From the NCBI RefSeq assembly GCF_009914755.1, contig NC_060942.1: 64,000 nucleotides of DNA, one strand, 5' to 3'. The DNA comes from the human T2T-CHM13v2.0 reference genome, Homo sapiens. Below are positions 46,042 to 59,169 of the stretch, one piece after another (the first letter of the stretch is position 1; every line of letters starts with the position of its first letter). The notes under the pieces are model-generated. The model searched no databases, was not told where the DNA came from, and worked only from the letters and a program-made list of their open reading frames with translations. A program made the position numbers and the translations under genes.

Positions 46042-47075
46042 GACCTGGTTTTGGCCCGGAGCTCCAGGGGTGGTTAGCACCCTGGGAAGGCTGCATGTGG
46101 GACTGAAAGTGCAGGGGACTAGGAGCTGAAATACCACTGGCACTAGCAAATTCTGTGAGAAGGTGGAGGAGCCATCCGCAACAGCAACACCATGAGGCAG
46201 CGAGAAGCAAGGACAGTAGTAGATCAGATACCAGACTGGTCTTGCTCAGATTTGGACTCCATAAGTCTCTAGGTTTTAGAAGATTCAGGGGGACAGAGGC
46301 AGCCCAGAGGAAGATACTGGCTCTTTTTTTCTCACATATTAGATTGGTATTTGAATATTTAATTCGAATATTAAGAGATATGACTATTTTACCACTACTT
46401 TGTGGAGCAACTCATATTGGTTACATAAGGTCTATGTCAAAATGTGAAATCTATGAGGCACACAGGATAAAAAGCACGATGTTGTTCTAATAAATAAGAG
46501 TTAGTATATATCATGATTAAAAAGTATAAGGCCAAGATTCTCAATGTAAAGGGATGAAAATTTTTACTAATGTCAGATTTCTGGGGTTCCATTTGGTGCA
46601 AATCAAAAAAGTAGCACAGGGAGTTAAGAAAGGTGATGTGACACCTAGAAGCAGCCATTCCCTCCCTGACCCTGGCACAAAGCTTTCTCAACCAGGAAAA
46701 ATATAAGAGAATTGGCTGAAAAGTGTGAGAGGTAACTATTCTGTGCTTTGGGTAAAAGTTGGAGAAAGAATATAGAAGTACAATGATTAAGCAAATAGTT
46801 TTCTTTTAAGATTGGAACCTAATGTGAACAATGACAGTTCAGAGAAAGGAAAATTGAAGAAAAGAAGATAAAAAACAGTTAGAAATAAAATAAGCATCTA
46901 TGATTTATTTACATTTAAATAAATATAAATTATTCAAAATCCAGGTAGCAATTTTTATTAAATATAGGTATCTAATATTACTTTAGACCTTGTAGCTATG
47001 AAATGTGTTATCACTAAATATCTGGAGCAAGGAACACACTCTCTGCCTTTAAGACCTAAAAACATGACTGATTTA

Positions 47076-47092
47076 TGACTCAGTGGCCTTGA
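47076..47092. promoter_or_regulatory. Composite AP-1 (TGACTCA) and SF-1/NR5A1 (TCAAGGCCA, minus strand) site, candidate
   Basis: tgactca-g-tggccttga: two exact consensus matches 1 bp apart. Confidence 0.4.
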
Positions 47093-47288
47093 ACAAATAA
47101 TCAATGATGTTTACAAAGATGCATATACAATGATATTCACTGACCTGTTATATCAAGTAGTGAAAAACTAAAAACAACATAATAAACTGGTGATTAAAGA
47201 TTAGTTAAATATACTCCGCAAGTCCATACAATAGAATGCTACATGACAATTAAAATCACAGCTCAACATACCTTGAAATAATAAAGGC

Positions 47289-50200
47289 AGAGACAGAACA
47301 GAATGCCAGAATAGAAGGCTCCACTGATTGTCCCCCTGCAAGGACACCAATTCAACAACTATCTACATAGGAAAAACACCTTCATAAGAGCCAAAAATCA
47401 GGCGAGCCCTCATGGTACCTGGTTTTAACTTCATATTGCTGAAAGAAGCACTGAAGAGGTAGAGAAAACAGTCTCAAATTGCAGACACCACCCCCCCAAA
47501 CCCCCCAGTGGTAGCGTGGTGTGGAGAGCATCTCTGGATGCTGGGGGAGGGAGAGCACAGCAATTGTGAAACATTGAACTCAGTGGTGTCTTATTAGAAT
47601 AGAAAAGATAACCAGACTACACTCGGCTGACACCCAGCCACGGAGCAAGTCTTTAGACCAGCCCTAGCCAGGGGGAATCGCTGACCCCAATGGTCGGAAC
47701 TTGAGTTCCCGCAAACCTTGCCACAGAAAGCTACAGTGCTGTCAGTCTCTAAGTAAACTTGAAAAGGCAGTCTAGACCACAAGGACTGTAACTCTTAGGC
47801 GAGTCCTAACGCTGAACTAGGCCCAGAGACAGCGGACTTGGGGGGCGCACAACCTACTGAGATACCAGCTGGGGTGGCTAAGGGAGTGCTGGCATCACCT
47901 CTCCTCTAACTCTAAGCTGCACAGCTCATGGCTCCAAAAGACACCCCTTCCTTCTGCTTGAGGAGAGGAGAAGAGAAGGAAGAGTAGGGAGGACTTTGTC
48001 TTGCATCTTGGATATCAGCTCAACCACAGCAAGATAGGGCACTGGTCAGAGTTGTGAGGCTTCCATTCCAGGCCCTAAATCCTGGACAACATTTCTAGAC
48101 ACACCCTGGGCCAGAAGGGAACTTGCTGCCTTGAAGGGAAGGAACCAGTTCTGGCAGCATTCATCACCTGCTACCTGAAGAGCCTTTAGGCCCTGAGCAA
48201 CAACCAGCAATACCCAGGTACTACGCTGAAGGCCTTGGGTGAGCCTGAGACTTGCTGGCTTCAGGTGAGACCCAGCACATTCCCAGCTGTGGTAGCTATG
48301 GGGTGAGATTCCTTCTGCTTGAGAAAAGCTGAGGGAAAAGTACAGGGGACTTTGTCTTGCACCTTAGGTACCAGCATAGCCACTGTGGAATAGAGTACCA
48401 AGCAGGCTCTTGGGGTCCCCGATTCTAGGGATTGACAAATGGACAGCATTTCTGGACCAGCCCTGGGCCAGAGGTGAGCCCACTGCCCTGAAGGGTGATT
48501 CCCAGAGCAGGCAGCATTCACCACAACCTGACTGAAGAGCGCTTGCAAACAAGGAAACATCGGTGGTAGGCTGGCAGTGTTCCCTGTGGCCTTTGGTGAT
48601 GTTGGTTACAGGGTAAGGCTCCTCTGCCTTTCGGAAAGAGACGGGTGAGTGGGAAAGACTGTGTCTTGTGGTTTGAGTGTCAGCTCAGCCACAGACAATA
48701 GAACACTAGGTAGACTTCTAAGGTTTGTCACTCTAGTCCCTGACACCTGGATAGCACCTCTGAACCTAACCAGGACCTGGGGGAACTTCCTGCCCTGAAA
48801 GGAAAGACACAGGCCTGGCTGGCTTTTCCACCTGCGGATTGTAGAGCCCCAGGGCCTTGAGTGAACACAGGCAGTAGCCAGGGAGTGGTTACAGCAGGCC
48901 TGGGGTGAGACTGAGTGCTGTGCTGGCTTTGGGTCTGACCCAGCCCAGTCACAGTGGTAGTGACGAGGTGCTTGCGTCACTCCACCCCCAGATTTAGGTG
49001 GCTCAGAAGAGAGAGAGAGACTCTGTATGTTTGGGAGAAAGTAAGGGACGAGAACAAGAGTCTCTACTTGGTAATCCAGATAATTCTCCTGGATCTTGTC
49101 CAAGGCCATCAAGGTGGTACCTCTATGAGTCTGCAAGAACCACAGTGTTACTGGGCTTGGAGTGCCCCCTAAAGCAGGTAAGGCTTAGATCACAACTCCC
49201 AAGTTCTTTTAAATATCTGGAAAGCCTTCCCAAGGACTGGTACAAACAAGCCCAGCCAGTGAAGACTACAGTAAATACCTGACTCTTCAGTACTAGACAC
49301 TGATGAACATCAACTAGCATTGCCATCATCCAGGAAAATATGACCTTGCCAAATAACTAAATAAGGCACCAATTCTGGAGAAAAAGAGATATATGACCTT
49401 TCAGACAGAGAATTCAAAACACCTGTATTGAAGAAACTCAAAGAAATTCAAGACAACAGAGAAGGAATTCAGAATCCTATCAGATAAATTTAATAAAGAG
49501 ATTGAAATAAAAAGAATCACGCAGAAATTCTGGAGCTGAAAAAATGCAAGTGGCATACTGATGAAGGCGTCAGAGTCTTTTAATAGCAGAATTGATGAAG
49601 CAGAAGAAAGAATTAATGAGCATGAATACAGCCTATTTGAAAATACACAGTCAGAAGAGACAAAAGAAAAAAGAATAAAAAAAATGAAGCATGCCTATAG
49701 GATGTAGAAAATAGCCTCAAAAGAGCAAATCTAAGAGTTATTGGTCTTAAAGAGGAGATAGAGAAAGAGATAAGGGTAGAAAATTTATTTGAAGGGATAA
49801 TAACAGAGAACTCCCCAAACCTAGAGAAAGATACCAATATGGAAGTAAAAGGTTATAGAACATCAAGCATATTTAACCCAAATAAGACTACCTCAAGGCA
49901 TTTAATAATCATACTCTCATAGATCAAGGATAAAGAGAGGATCCTAAAAGCAGCAAGAGAAAAGAAACAACAGTGGAGTTTCAATACACCTGGCTCAAAC
50001 TTTTCAGCAGAAATTTTACAGGCCAGGAGAGAGTGGCATGGTATATTTAAAGTGCTGAAGGGAAAAACTTTTACCTGAGAATAGTATATCCAGTGAATAT
50101 ACCCTTCAAACATGAAGAAGAAATAACAACCTTCCCAGACAAACAAAAGCTAAGAGAGTTCATCAACACTAGAACTGTTCTACAAGAAATGCTAAAGGGA

Positions 50201-53200
50201 GTACTTCAATCAGAAAGAAAAGGATGTTAATGAGCAATAAGTAATCACCTGAAGGTACAAAACTCACTAATAACATTAAGTACACAGAAAAGCACAGAAT
50301 ATCATAACACTGTAACTGTGCTGTATGAACTACTCTTATCCTAAGTACAGAGACTAAGCAATCAATAAAATATAATAACTACAACAAATTTTCAAGATAT
50401 GGACAGTACAAAAATATGTATAGAAACAACAGAAAGTTAAAAAGTGGGGGATGAAGTTAAGGTGTCGAGTTTTTGTTAGTTTTTGTTTTGCTTGTTTGTT
50501 TATGCAAACAATGTTAAGTTGTTATCAGATTAAAATAATGGGTTATAAGATAGTATTTGCAAGCCTCTTGGTAACCTCAAACCAAAAAACATACAATGGA
50601 TACACAAAAAACCAAAAGCAGGGAACTAAATCATATCAGCAGAAAATCATCACTTTTACTAAAAGAAGACAAGAAGGAAAAAAAGAAGGAAGAGAACACC
50701 AGAAAGCAAATAACAAAATGGCAGGAGTAAGTCCTTACTTATCAATAATAATATTGAATGTAAATGGACTAAACTCTCCAATTAGAAGACACAGAATGGC
50801 TGAATGGATGAAAAACATGACCCATTGATCTGCTGCCTACAAGAAACACACTTCACCTATAAAGACACACATGGACTGAAAATAAAGGGAGGGAAAAAGA
50901 TATTCCATGCCAATGGAAACCAAAAAAGAGCGGGAATAACTATACTTACATCAGACAAAATAAATTTCAAGACAAAACTGTAAGAGACAAAGAAGGTCAC
51001 TACATAATGACAAAGGTGTCAATTTAGCAAGAGGATATAACAATTTTAAATATATGCACCTGAGACTGTAGCACCTAGCTATATAAAGCAAATTTATTAG
51101 CACTAAAGAGAGAGACAGGCCCCAATACAATAATAGCTGGAGACTTCAACACACCACTTTCAGCACTGGACAGATCTTCAAGGCAGAAAATCAACAAAGA
51201 AACATCAGATTTAACCTGCAGTATATACCAAATGAACCTAATAGATATTTACAAAACATTTCATCCAATAGCTACAGAATATACATTCGTTTTCTCAGCA
51301 CATGGATCATTCTCAAGGACAGACCATATGTTAGGTCACAAAACAAGTCTTAAAACATTCAAAAAAATTGAAATAATGTCAAGTATCTTCTCTGACCACA
51401 ATGGAATAAAACTAGAAGTTAATAACAGGAGGAATTATGGAAACTATACAAATACATTGAAATTAAACAATATGCTCCTGAATGACCAGTGAATGAAGAA
51501 ATTAAATAAATTGAAAAATTTTATTGAAACAAATGATAATGCAAATACAACATACCCAAACCTATGGGGTACAGCAAAAGCACTACTAAGAGGGAAATTT
51601 ATAGCTATAAGTGCCTACATCAAAAAAGAGGGAATGTTCCAAATAAACAATTTAATGATGCATCTCAAAAAAACTAGAAAAGCAAGAGCAAACCAAACCA
51701 AAAAGTAGTAAGAGAAAAGAAATAATAAAGATTAGAGCAGAAATAAATGAAATTGAAATGAAGAAAACAATACAAAGGATCAAAGAAAGAAATAGTTGAT
51801 TTTTTGAAAAGTTAAACAAAACTGACAAATCTTTAGCCAGACTAAGAAAAAAAGAGAGAAGATATAAATAAATAAAATAGGAAATGAAAAAAGAGACGTT
51901 ACAACTGATGCACAAAAAATCATTAGTGGCTACTATGAGTAACTATATGCCTGTAAATTGGAACATCTAGAAGAAATTGACAAATTCCCAGATACATATA
52001 ACCTAACAAGATTGAACCAGGAAGAAATCCAAAACCTGAACAGACCAATAACAAATAGCAAGATTGAAGCCATAATAAAAAGTCTCCCAGTAAAGAAAAG
52101 CCTGTGACCTAATGGCTTCACTGCTGAATTCTACTGAACATTTAAAGAAGAACTAGTACCAATCCTACTCAAACTGTTTTGAAAAATAGAGGAGGAAGGA
52201 ACACTTCCAAACTCATTCTACAATACCAGTATTACCCTGACACCAAAAACAGACAAAGACACATCAAAAAAAGAAAACTATAGGCCAATATCTCTGACGA
52301 AGAAATCCATCCCCCCCACCGACTGCCCCACTGCCAAATACTGGCAAACCAAATTCAACAATATATTGGAAAGATCATTCATCATGACCAAGTGGGATTT
52401 TTTCCCTAGGATGCAAGGATGGCTTAACATATGCAACCAATGCAAAATACAATGTGATATATCATATCAAGGAATGAAGGACAAAAACCATATGATAATT
52501 TCAATGATGCTGAAAAAGCGTTTGGTAAAATCCAACATCTCTTTATAATAAAACCATCAAAAAAACTGGGTAGAGAAGGAACATACCTCAACATAATAAA
52601 AGCTATACACAACATACCCACAGCCATGCAATCCCTATCAAAATATTAAGGATGATCTTCACAAAAATAGAAAGAAAATCCTAAAATTTATATGGAACCA
52701 CAAGAGACTCAGAATAGTCAAAGCTACCCTAAGCAAAAATAACAGAACTGCAGGAATCACATTACCTGACTTCACATTATACTAGAGAGCTGTAGTAACC
52801 AAAACAGGCATGGTACTGGTATAAAAACAGACACATAGACCAATGAAACAGAATACAGAACCCAGAAACAGATCCGGACACCTATGGTGAACTCATTTTT
52901 GACAAAGGTGCCAAGAACATGCAATGGGGGATAGACAATCTCTTTAATAAACGGTGCTCGTAAAACTGGATATTCATATGCAGAAGAACAAAACTAGACC
53001 CCATCTCATGCCATACACAAAAATCAAATAAAAATGGATTAAAGACTTAAATATAAGACCTCAAACTATGAAACTAATACAATAAAACATTGGGGGAAAT
53101 CTCCAGGACATTGGTCTGGGCAAAAATTTCTTGAGTAATACCCGACAAGCACAGGTACCCAAACAAAAATGGACAAATGGGACCACATCAAGTTAAAAAT

Positions 53201-54170
53201 CTTCTGCACAGCAAAGGAAACAACCCACAAAGTGAAGAGACAGCCCATAGAATGAGAGAAAATATTTGCAAACTACCTATCTGACAAGGGATTAATAACC
53301 AGAATATATAAGGAGCTCAAACAACTCTACAGGATAAAGTCTAATAATCTGATTTTTAAAATGGGCAGAAGATTTGAATAGATGTATCTCTAAAGAGGAC
53401 ATACACATGGCAAACAGGCATATGAAAAGGTGCTCAACATCATTGATCATTAGAGTAATGCAATGCAAAACTACAATGAGATATCATCTTACCCCAGTTA
53501 AAATGGTTTATATCCAAAAGACAGGCAATAACAAATGCTGGTAAGGATGTGGAGAAAAGGGAACCCTCATACACTGTTGGTGAGAATGAAAATCAGTATG
53601 ACCATTATGGAGAACAGTTTGGAGATTCCTTGAAAAATTAAAAATAGAGTTACCATATGATCCAGAAATCCTACTGTTGGATATATACCCAAAGGGAAGG
53701 AAATCAGCATATTGAAGAGGTATCTCCACTCCTATGTTGTTGCAGCACTGTTTACAATAGCTAAGATTTGGAAGCAACCTAAGTGTTCATCAACAGATGA
53801 ATGGATAAAGAAAATATGGTACATATACAAAATGGAGTACTTTACAGCCATAAAAATAATGAGATCCTGTCATTTGCAACAACATGGATGGAAGCGAAAT
53901 AAGCCAGGAACAGAAAGACAAACATCACATGTTCTCACTTATTTATGGGATCTAAAAATCAAAACAATTGAACTCATGGGCATAGAGAGTAGAAAGATGG
54001 TTGCCAGAGGCTGGAAAGTTAGTGTATGTGTGGGGTGGTTCTGGAGGGAGGTGGGGATGGTTAATGGTACACAAATAGTTAGAAATAATTAATAATATCT
54101 ACTATTTGATAGTACAACAGGGTGACTATAGTGAATAATAACTTAATTGTACATTTTTTAAAATAAAAAA
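47289..54170 (+). mobile_element. Near full-length L1MA1-3-like element with an internal RT deletion at ~52625
   Basis: Long 5'UTR (gaatagaaggctccactgatt...), ORF1 remnants ~49330-50230, ORF2 from MAGVSPYLSIIILNVNGLN; sequence jumps from cccacagcca to tgcaatccctatc; TSD ataataaaggc at 47278-47288 and 54743-54753. Confidence 0.85.
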
Positions 54171-54431
54171 ATGCAGCCTTAAAGGAAAAATTTAAAAAAC
54201 AACAAAAAACAGGAGGATGAAAATGCAGTTTTAATATCTCTATTAGAGGTATGTTTAAAGCTGTGCTGTTTCTTAGATCTCTATATGATAACATCCTTAA
54301 AAGAGAGTTTAGGTTTTTAAGAATTGTAGATTTTTTTTTTCATTTCCACAGATGTCTGCTTGTATTTTGAGTCACCCTGTTTCTTCTTCCAACGAAATAA
54401 ACCCACTCAAAATGTTTTAAAAATCATAATA

Positions 54432-54740
<309 letters not shown>

Positions 54741-55626
54741 TCATAATAAAGGCCATATGTGGCAAATTCACAGCTAGCATCATACTGAATGGGGAGAAAT
54801 GGAAAGCCTTTCCTCTAAGATCTAGAACAAGACAACGATGCCCACTTTTACCACTTTCGTTCAATATAATCCTGGAAGTCCTGGCAAGAGCAATTAGACA
54901 GGAGAAAAAAAAGGAAAAAAGCTGGAAGTATCATGCTACCTGATTTCAAACTATACTACAAGGCTACAGTAACCAAAACAGGTACAGTAACCAAAACAGT
55001 AACCAAAACGGTACCATGGTACTGGTACCAAAACAGACTTATAGACCAATGGAGCAGAACAGAGACCTCAGAAATAACACCACACATCTACAACCATCTG
55101 ATCTTTGACAAACCCGACAAAAACAAGCAAGGGGAAAGGATCTCCTATCCATTAAATGGTGCTGGGAGAAAAGTGGCTAGCCATATGCAAAAAAACTGAA
55201 ACCGGGCCCCTTCCTTATACCTTATACAAGACGAATTAAATACTTAAATGTAAAACCCAAAACCTTAAAAACACTAGAAGAAAACCTAGGCAATACCATT
55301 CAGGACACAGGCATGGGCAATGACTTCATGACAAAAATGCCAAAAGCAATTGCAACAAAAGCCACAGTTGACAAATGGGATCTAATTACACTAAAGAGCT
55401 TCTGCACAGCAAAAGAAACTATCATCAGTGTGAACAGGCAACCTACAGAATAGGATAAATTTTTTGCAATCTATCTATCTGACAAAGATCTAATATCCAG
55501 AATTTACAAGGAACTTAAACACATTTACAAGAAAAAAACAACCCCACCAAAAGTGGGCAAAGTATATGAACAGACACTTCTCAAAAGAAGACATTTATGC
55601 GGCCAACAAACAAATGAAAAAAAGCT

Positions 55627-55838
<212 letters not shown>

Positions 55839-56115
55839 TCAAGATCACTGATCATCAGAGAAATGCAAATCAAAACCACAACGAGATACCATCTCATGCC
55901 AGTCAGAATGGCGATTATTAAAAAGTCAGGAAACAATAGATGCTGGCAAGGCTGTGGAGAAATAGGAACACTTTTACACTGTTGGTGGGAGTGTAAATTA
56001 GTTCAACCATTGTGAAAGACAGTATGGTGATTCCTCAAGGATCTAGAACTGGAAATACCATTTGACCCAGCAATCCCATTACTGGGTATATACCCAAAGA
56101 AATATAAATTATTCT

Positions 56116-56432
56116 GGCCAGGTGCGATGGTTCACGCCTGTAATCCCAGCACTTTGGAAGGCCGAGGTGGGTGGATCACGATGCCAAGAGATCGAGACCA
56201 TCCTGGCCAACATGGTGAAACCCCGTCTCTACTAAAAATACAAAAATTAGCTGGGCATGATGACGCACACCTGTAGTCCCAGCTACTCAGAGAGCTGAGG
56301 CAGGAGAATTGCTTGAATCCTTGTCTTGTTCCAGATCTTAGAGGCGGAGGTTGCAGTGAGCTGAGATTGTGCCATTGCACTCCACCCTGGTGACAGAGTA
56401 AGACCCCATCTCAAAAAAGAAAAAAGAAAAAA
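56116..56432 (+). mobile_element. AluSc-like element inside the L1PA8-like element, carrying a 20 bp foreign insert
   Basis: aagagatcgagaccatcctggccaacatgg; TSD atataaat(t/c)attct. Confidence 0.88.
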
Positions 56433-59045
56433 ATATATAAATCATTCTACTATAAAGACACATGCACACGTATGTTTATTGCAGCACTATTTACAATAGC
56501 AAAGACATGGTACCAACCCAAATGTCCATCAATGATAGACTGGATAAAGAAAATATGGTACACATACATCATGGAATACTATGCAGCCATAAAAAGGAAT
56601 CAGATCGTGTCCTTTGCAGGGACATGGATAAAGCTGGAAGCCATCATCCTCAGCAAATTAACACAGGAACAGAAAACCAAACACTGCATGTTCTCACTCA
56701 TAAGTGGGAGTTGAACAATGAGAACACATGGGCACAGAGAGGTGAACAACACACACCAGGGCCTGTTGGGGGGTGGGAGGTGAGGGGAGGGAACTTAGAG
56801 GACGGGTCAATAGGTGCAGCAAGCCACCATGGTACATGTATACCTATGTAACAAACCTGCACGTTCTGCACATGTATCCCATTTTTGTTTCTTAGAAGAA
56901 ATAAAGAAAAAAAAAGAAAAGAAGAAGTCAAATTAGCCTTGTTTGCAGATGACATGATGTTATACTTAGAAAAACTTAGACTCCACCAGAAAACTGTGAG
57001 AGCTGACAAACAAATTCAGTAAAGTTGCAGAATACAAAATCAACATACAAAAATTAGTAACACTTATATACAACAACAGTGAACAATCTAAAAAAGAAAT
57101 GAAAAAGTAATCCCATTTACAATAGCCTCAAATAAAATTAAATACTTTGAAATCAACCAAAGAAGTGAAAGATCTCTATGAAAACTATAAAACACTGATG
57201 AAAGAAGTTGAAGAGGACACCATAAAACAGAACAATATTCTATGCTCATGGGTTGGAATAATTAATATTGTTAAAATTTCCATACTACCCAAAGCAATTT
57301 ACAGATTCAATGCAATTCCAATCAAAATACCAATGACATTCTTTGTAAAGATAGAAAAAAATCTAAAATTTATGTGGAATTGCAAAAGACCCTGAATAGC
57401 TAAAGCAGTCTGGAGCAAAAAGAGCAAAGTTGGAGGAATCACAGTACCTGACTTCCAAATTTACTACAAACACGTAGTAACAACATCAGCACGGCATCAG
57501 CATAAAAACAGTTACACAGATAAATGGAAGAGAATAAATAACCCAGCTATAAATCCATGCATTTGCAGTCGACTCACCTTCGACAAAGGTGCCAAGAACA
57601 TACAATGGGGAAAGGACAGTTTTTTCAGTAAATGGTGCTGGGAAAACTGGATATCCATATGCAGAGGAATGAAACTAGGCCTCTATCTCTCACCAGACAC
57701 AAAAATCAAATCAAGATGGATTAAAGACTTAAATCTAAGACCCGAAACTATGAAACTACTTGAAGAAAACATTGTGGAAATGCTTCAAGACACTGGTCTC
57801 TGCAAAGATTTTTGGAGTAAGATCTCAAAAGCATAAGCAACAAAAGCAAAATCAGGCAGGTGGAACCATACCAAGATAGAAAGCTTCTGCACAGCAAGGA
57901 AAACAATCAACAAAGTGAAGAGACAACTCACAGAATGGGAGAAAATATTTGCAAACTCTCCATCCAGCAAGAGATTAATAACCAGATTACATAAGGAGCT
58001 CAAACAACTTAGCAGCAAAAGAAAACCAACAAATAATCCAATTTAAAAATGGGCAAAATATCTGCACAGACTTTGCTCAAAATAAGACATACAAATGGCC
58101 AAACAGGTATATGAAAAATTTCAAAGCATCACTAATCATCAGAGAAATGAAAATCAAAGCTACAATGAGATATAATCTCACCCCAGTTAAAATGGCTTAT
58201 ATCCAAAAACGGGCGATATCGGATGCTGGTGAGGATGTGGAGAAAGAGGAACCCCCGTACACTGTTGGTGGGAAGGTCAACTACTATAGCCACTGTGGAG
58301 AACAGTTTGGAGGTGACTCAAAACACTAAAAATAGAGCTGCCATATGATCCAGCAATCCCACTACTGGGTATATATTGAAAAGAAAAGAGATCAGCACAT
58401 CAAAGAGATATCTGTACTACCATGTTTATTGCAGCATTATTCACGAAAGCCAAAATATGGACTCGACCTAAGTGTCCATCAGTGAATGAATGAATAAAAT
58501 GTGGTATATAAACATAATGAAATATTATTCAACCATAAAGAATGAAATCTTGTCATTTGCAGAAACATGAGTGGAACTGGAGGCCATTATGTTAAGTGAA
58601 ATAAAGCAAGCACAGAAAGACAAATGTCCCTTGTTCTCACTCACATGTGGGAGCTAAAAAAGTAAATCTCATGAAGACAGATAGTGGTGGTTACAAGAGC
58701 CCAGGAAGGGTAGAGGGGAGAGGGAGATGAAGAGAAATTGACTAATGGGTACAAATACATGGTTTGATAGAAGAAATAAGAGCTAGTGTTTAATAAATCA
58801 GTAGGGTGACTATAGTTTACAATAATCTATTGTACATTCCAAAATGGCTAGAAGAGAAGAATTTCAATGGTTCTAGCATAAAGAAGAGACTTTAGGGTGA
58901 TAGATATCCTAAGTACACTGTTTTGGTCTTTACAAATTATATGAATGTATCAAATTATCACATGTACCCTGAAACTACATACAGCTATTAAAACTACATA
59001 CATATACCAGTTTATAAAATTGCAGTTCAACGGTGCAGGAGCTTC

Positions 59046-59046
<1 letters not shown>

Positions 59047-59080
<34 letters not shown>
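59047..59080. repeat. (TG)17 microsatellite
   Basis: Read directly from the sequence. Confidence 0.9.
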
Positions 59081-59083
<3 letters not shown>

Positions 59084-59169
59084 TTCAAGCAAAGGCATAG
59101 AAAAATCCATGACATCAAATTTTAATGGTGGTTATCACTGGGTGGTAGAGCTATGAGCTATTTTTTAAA

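Noticed and set aside
54966-55009. Triplicated acagtaaccaaaac (TVTK x3)
   Set aside because: Local slippage in a dead L1; no functional implication
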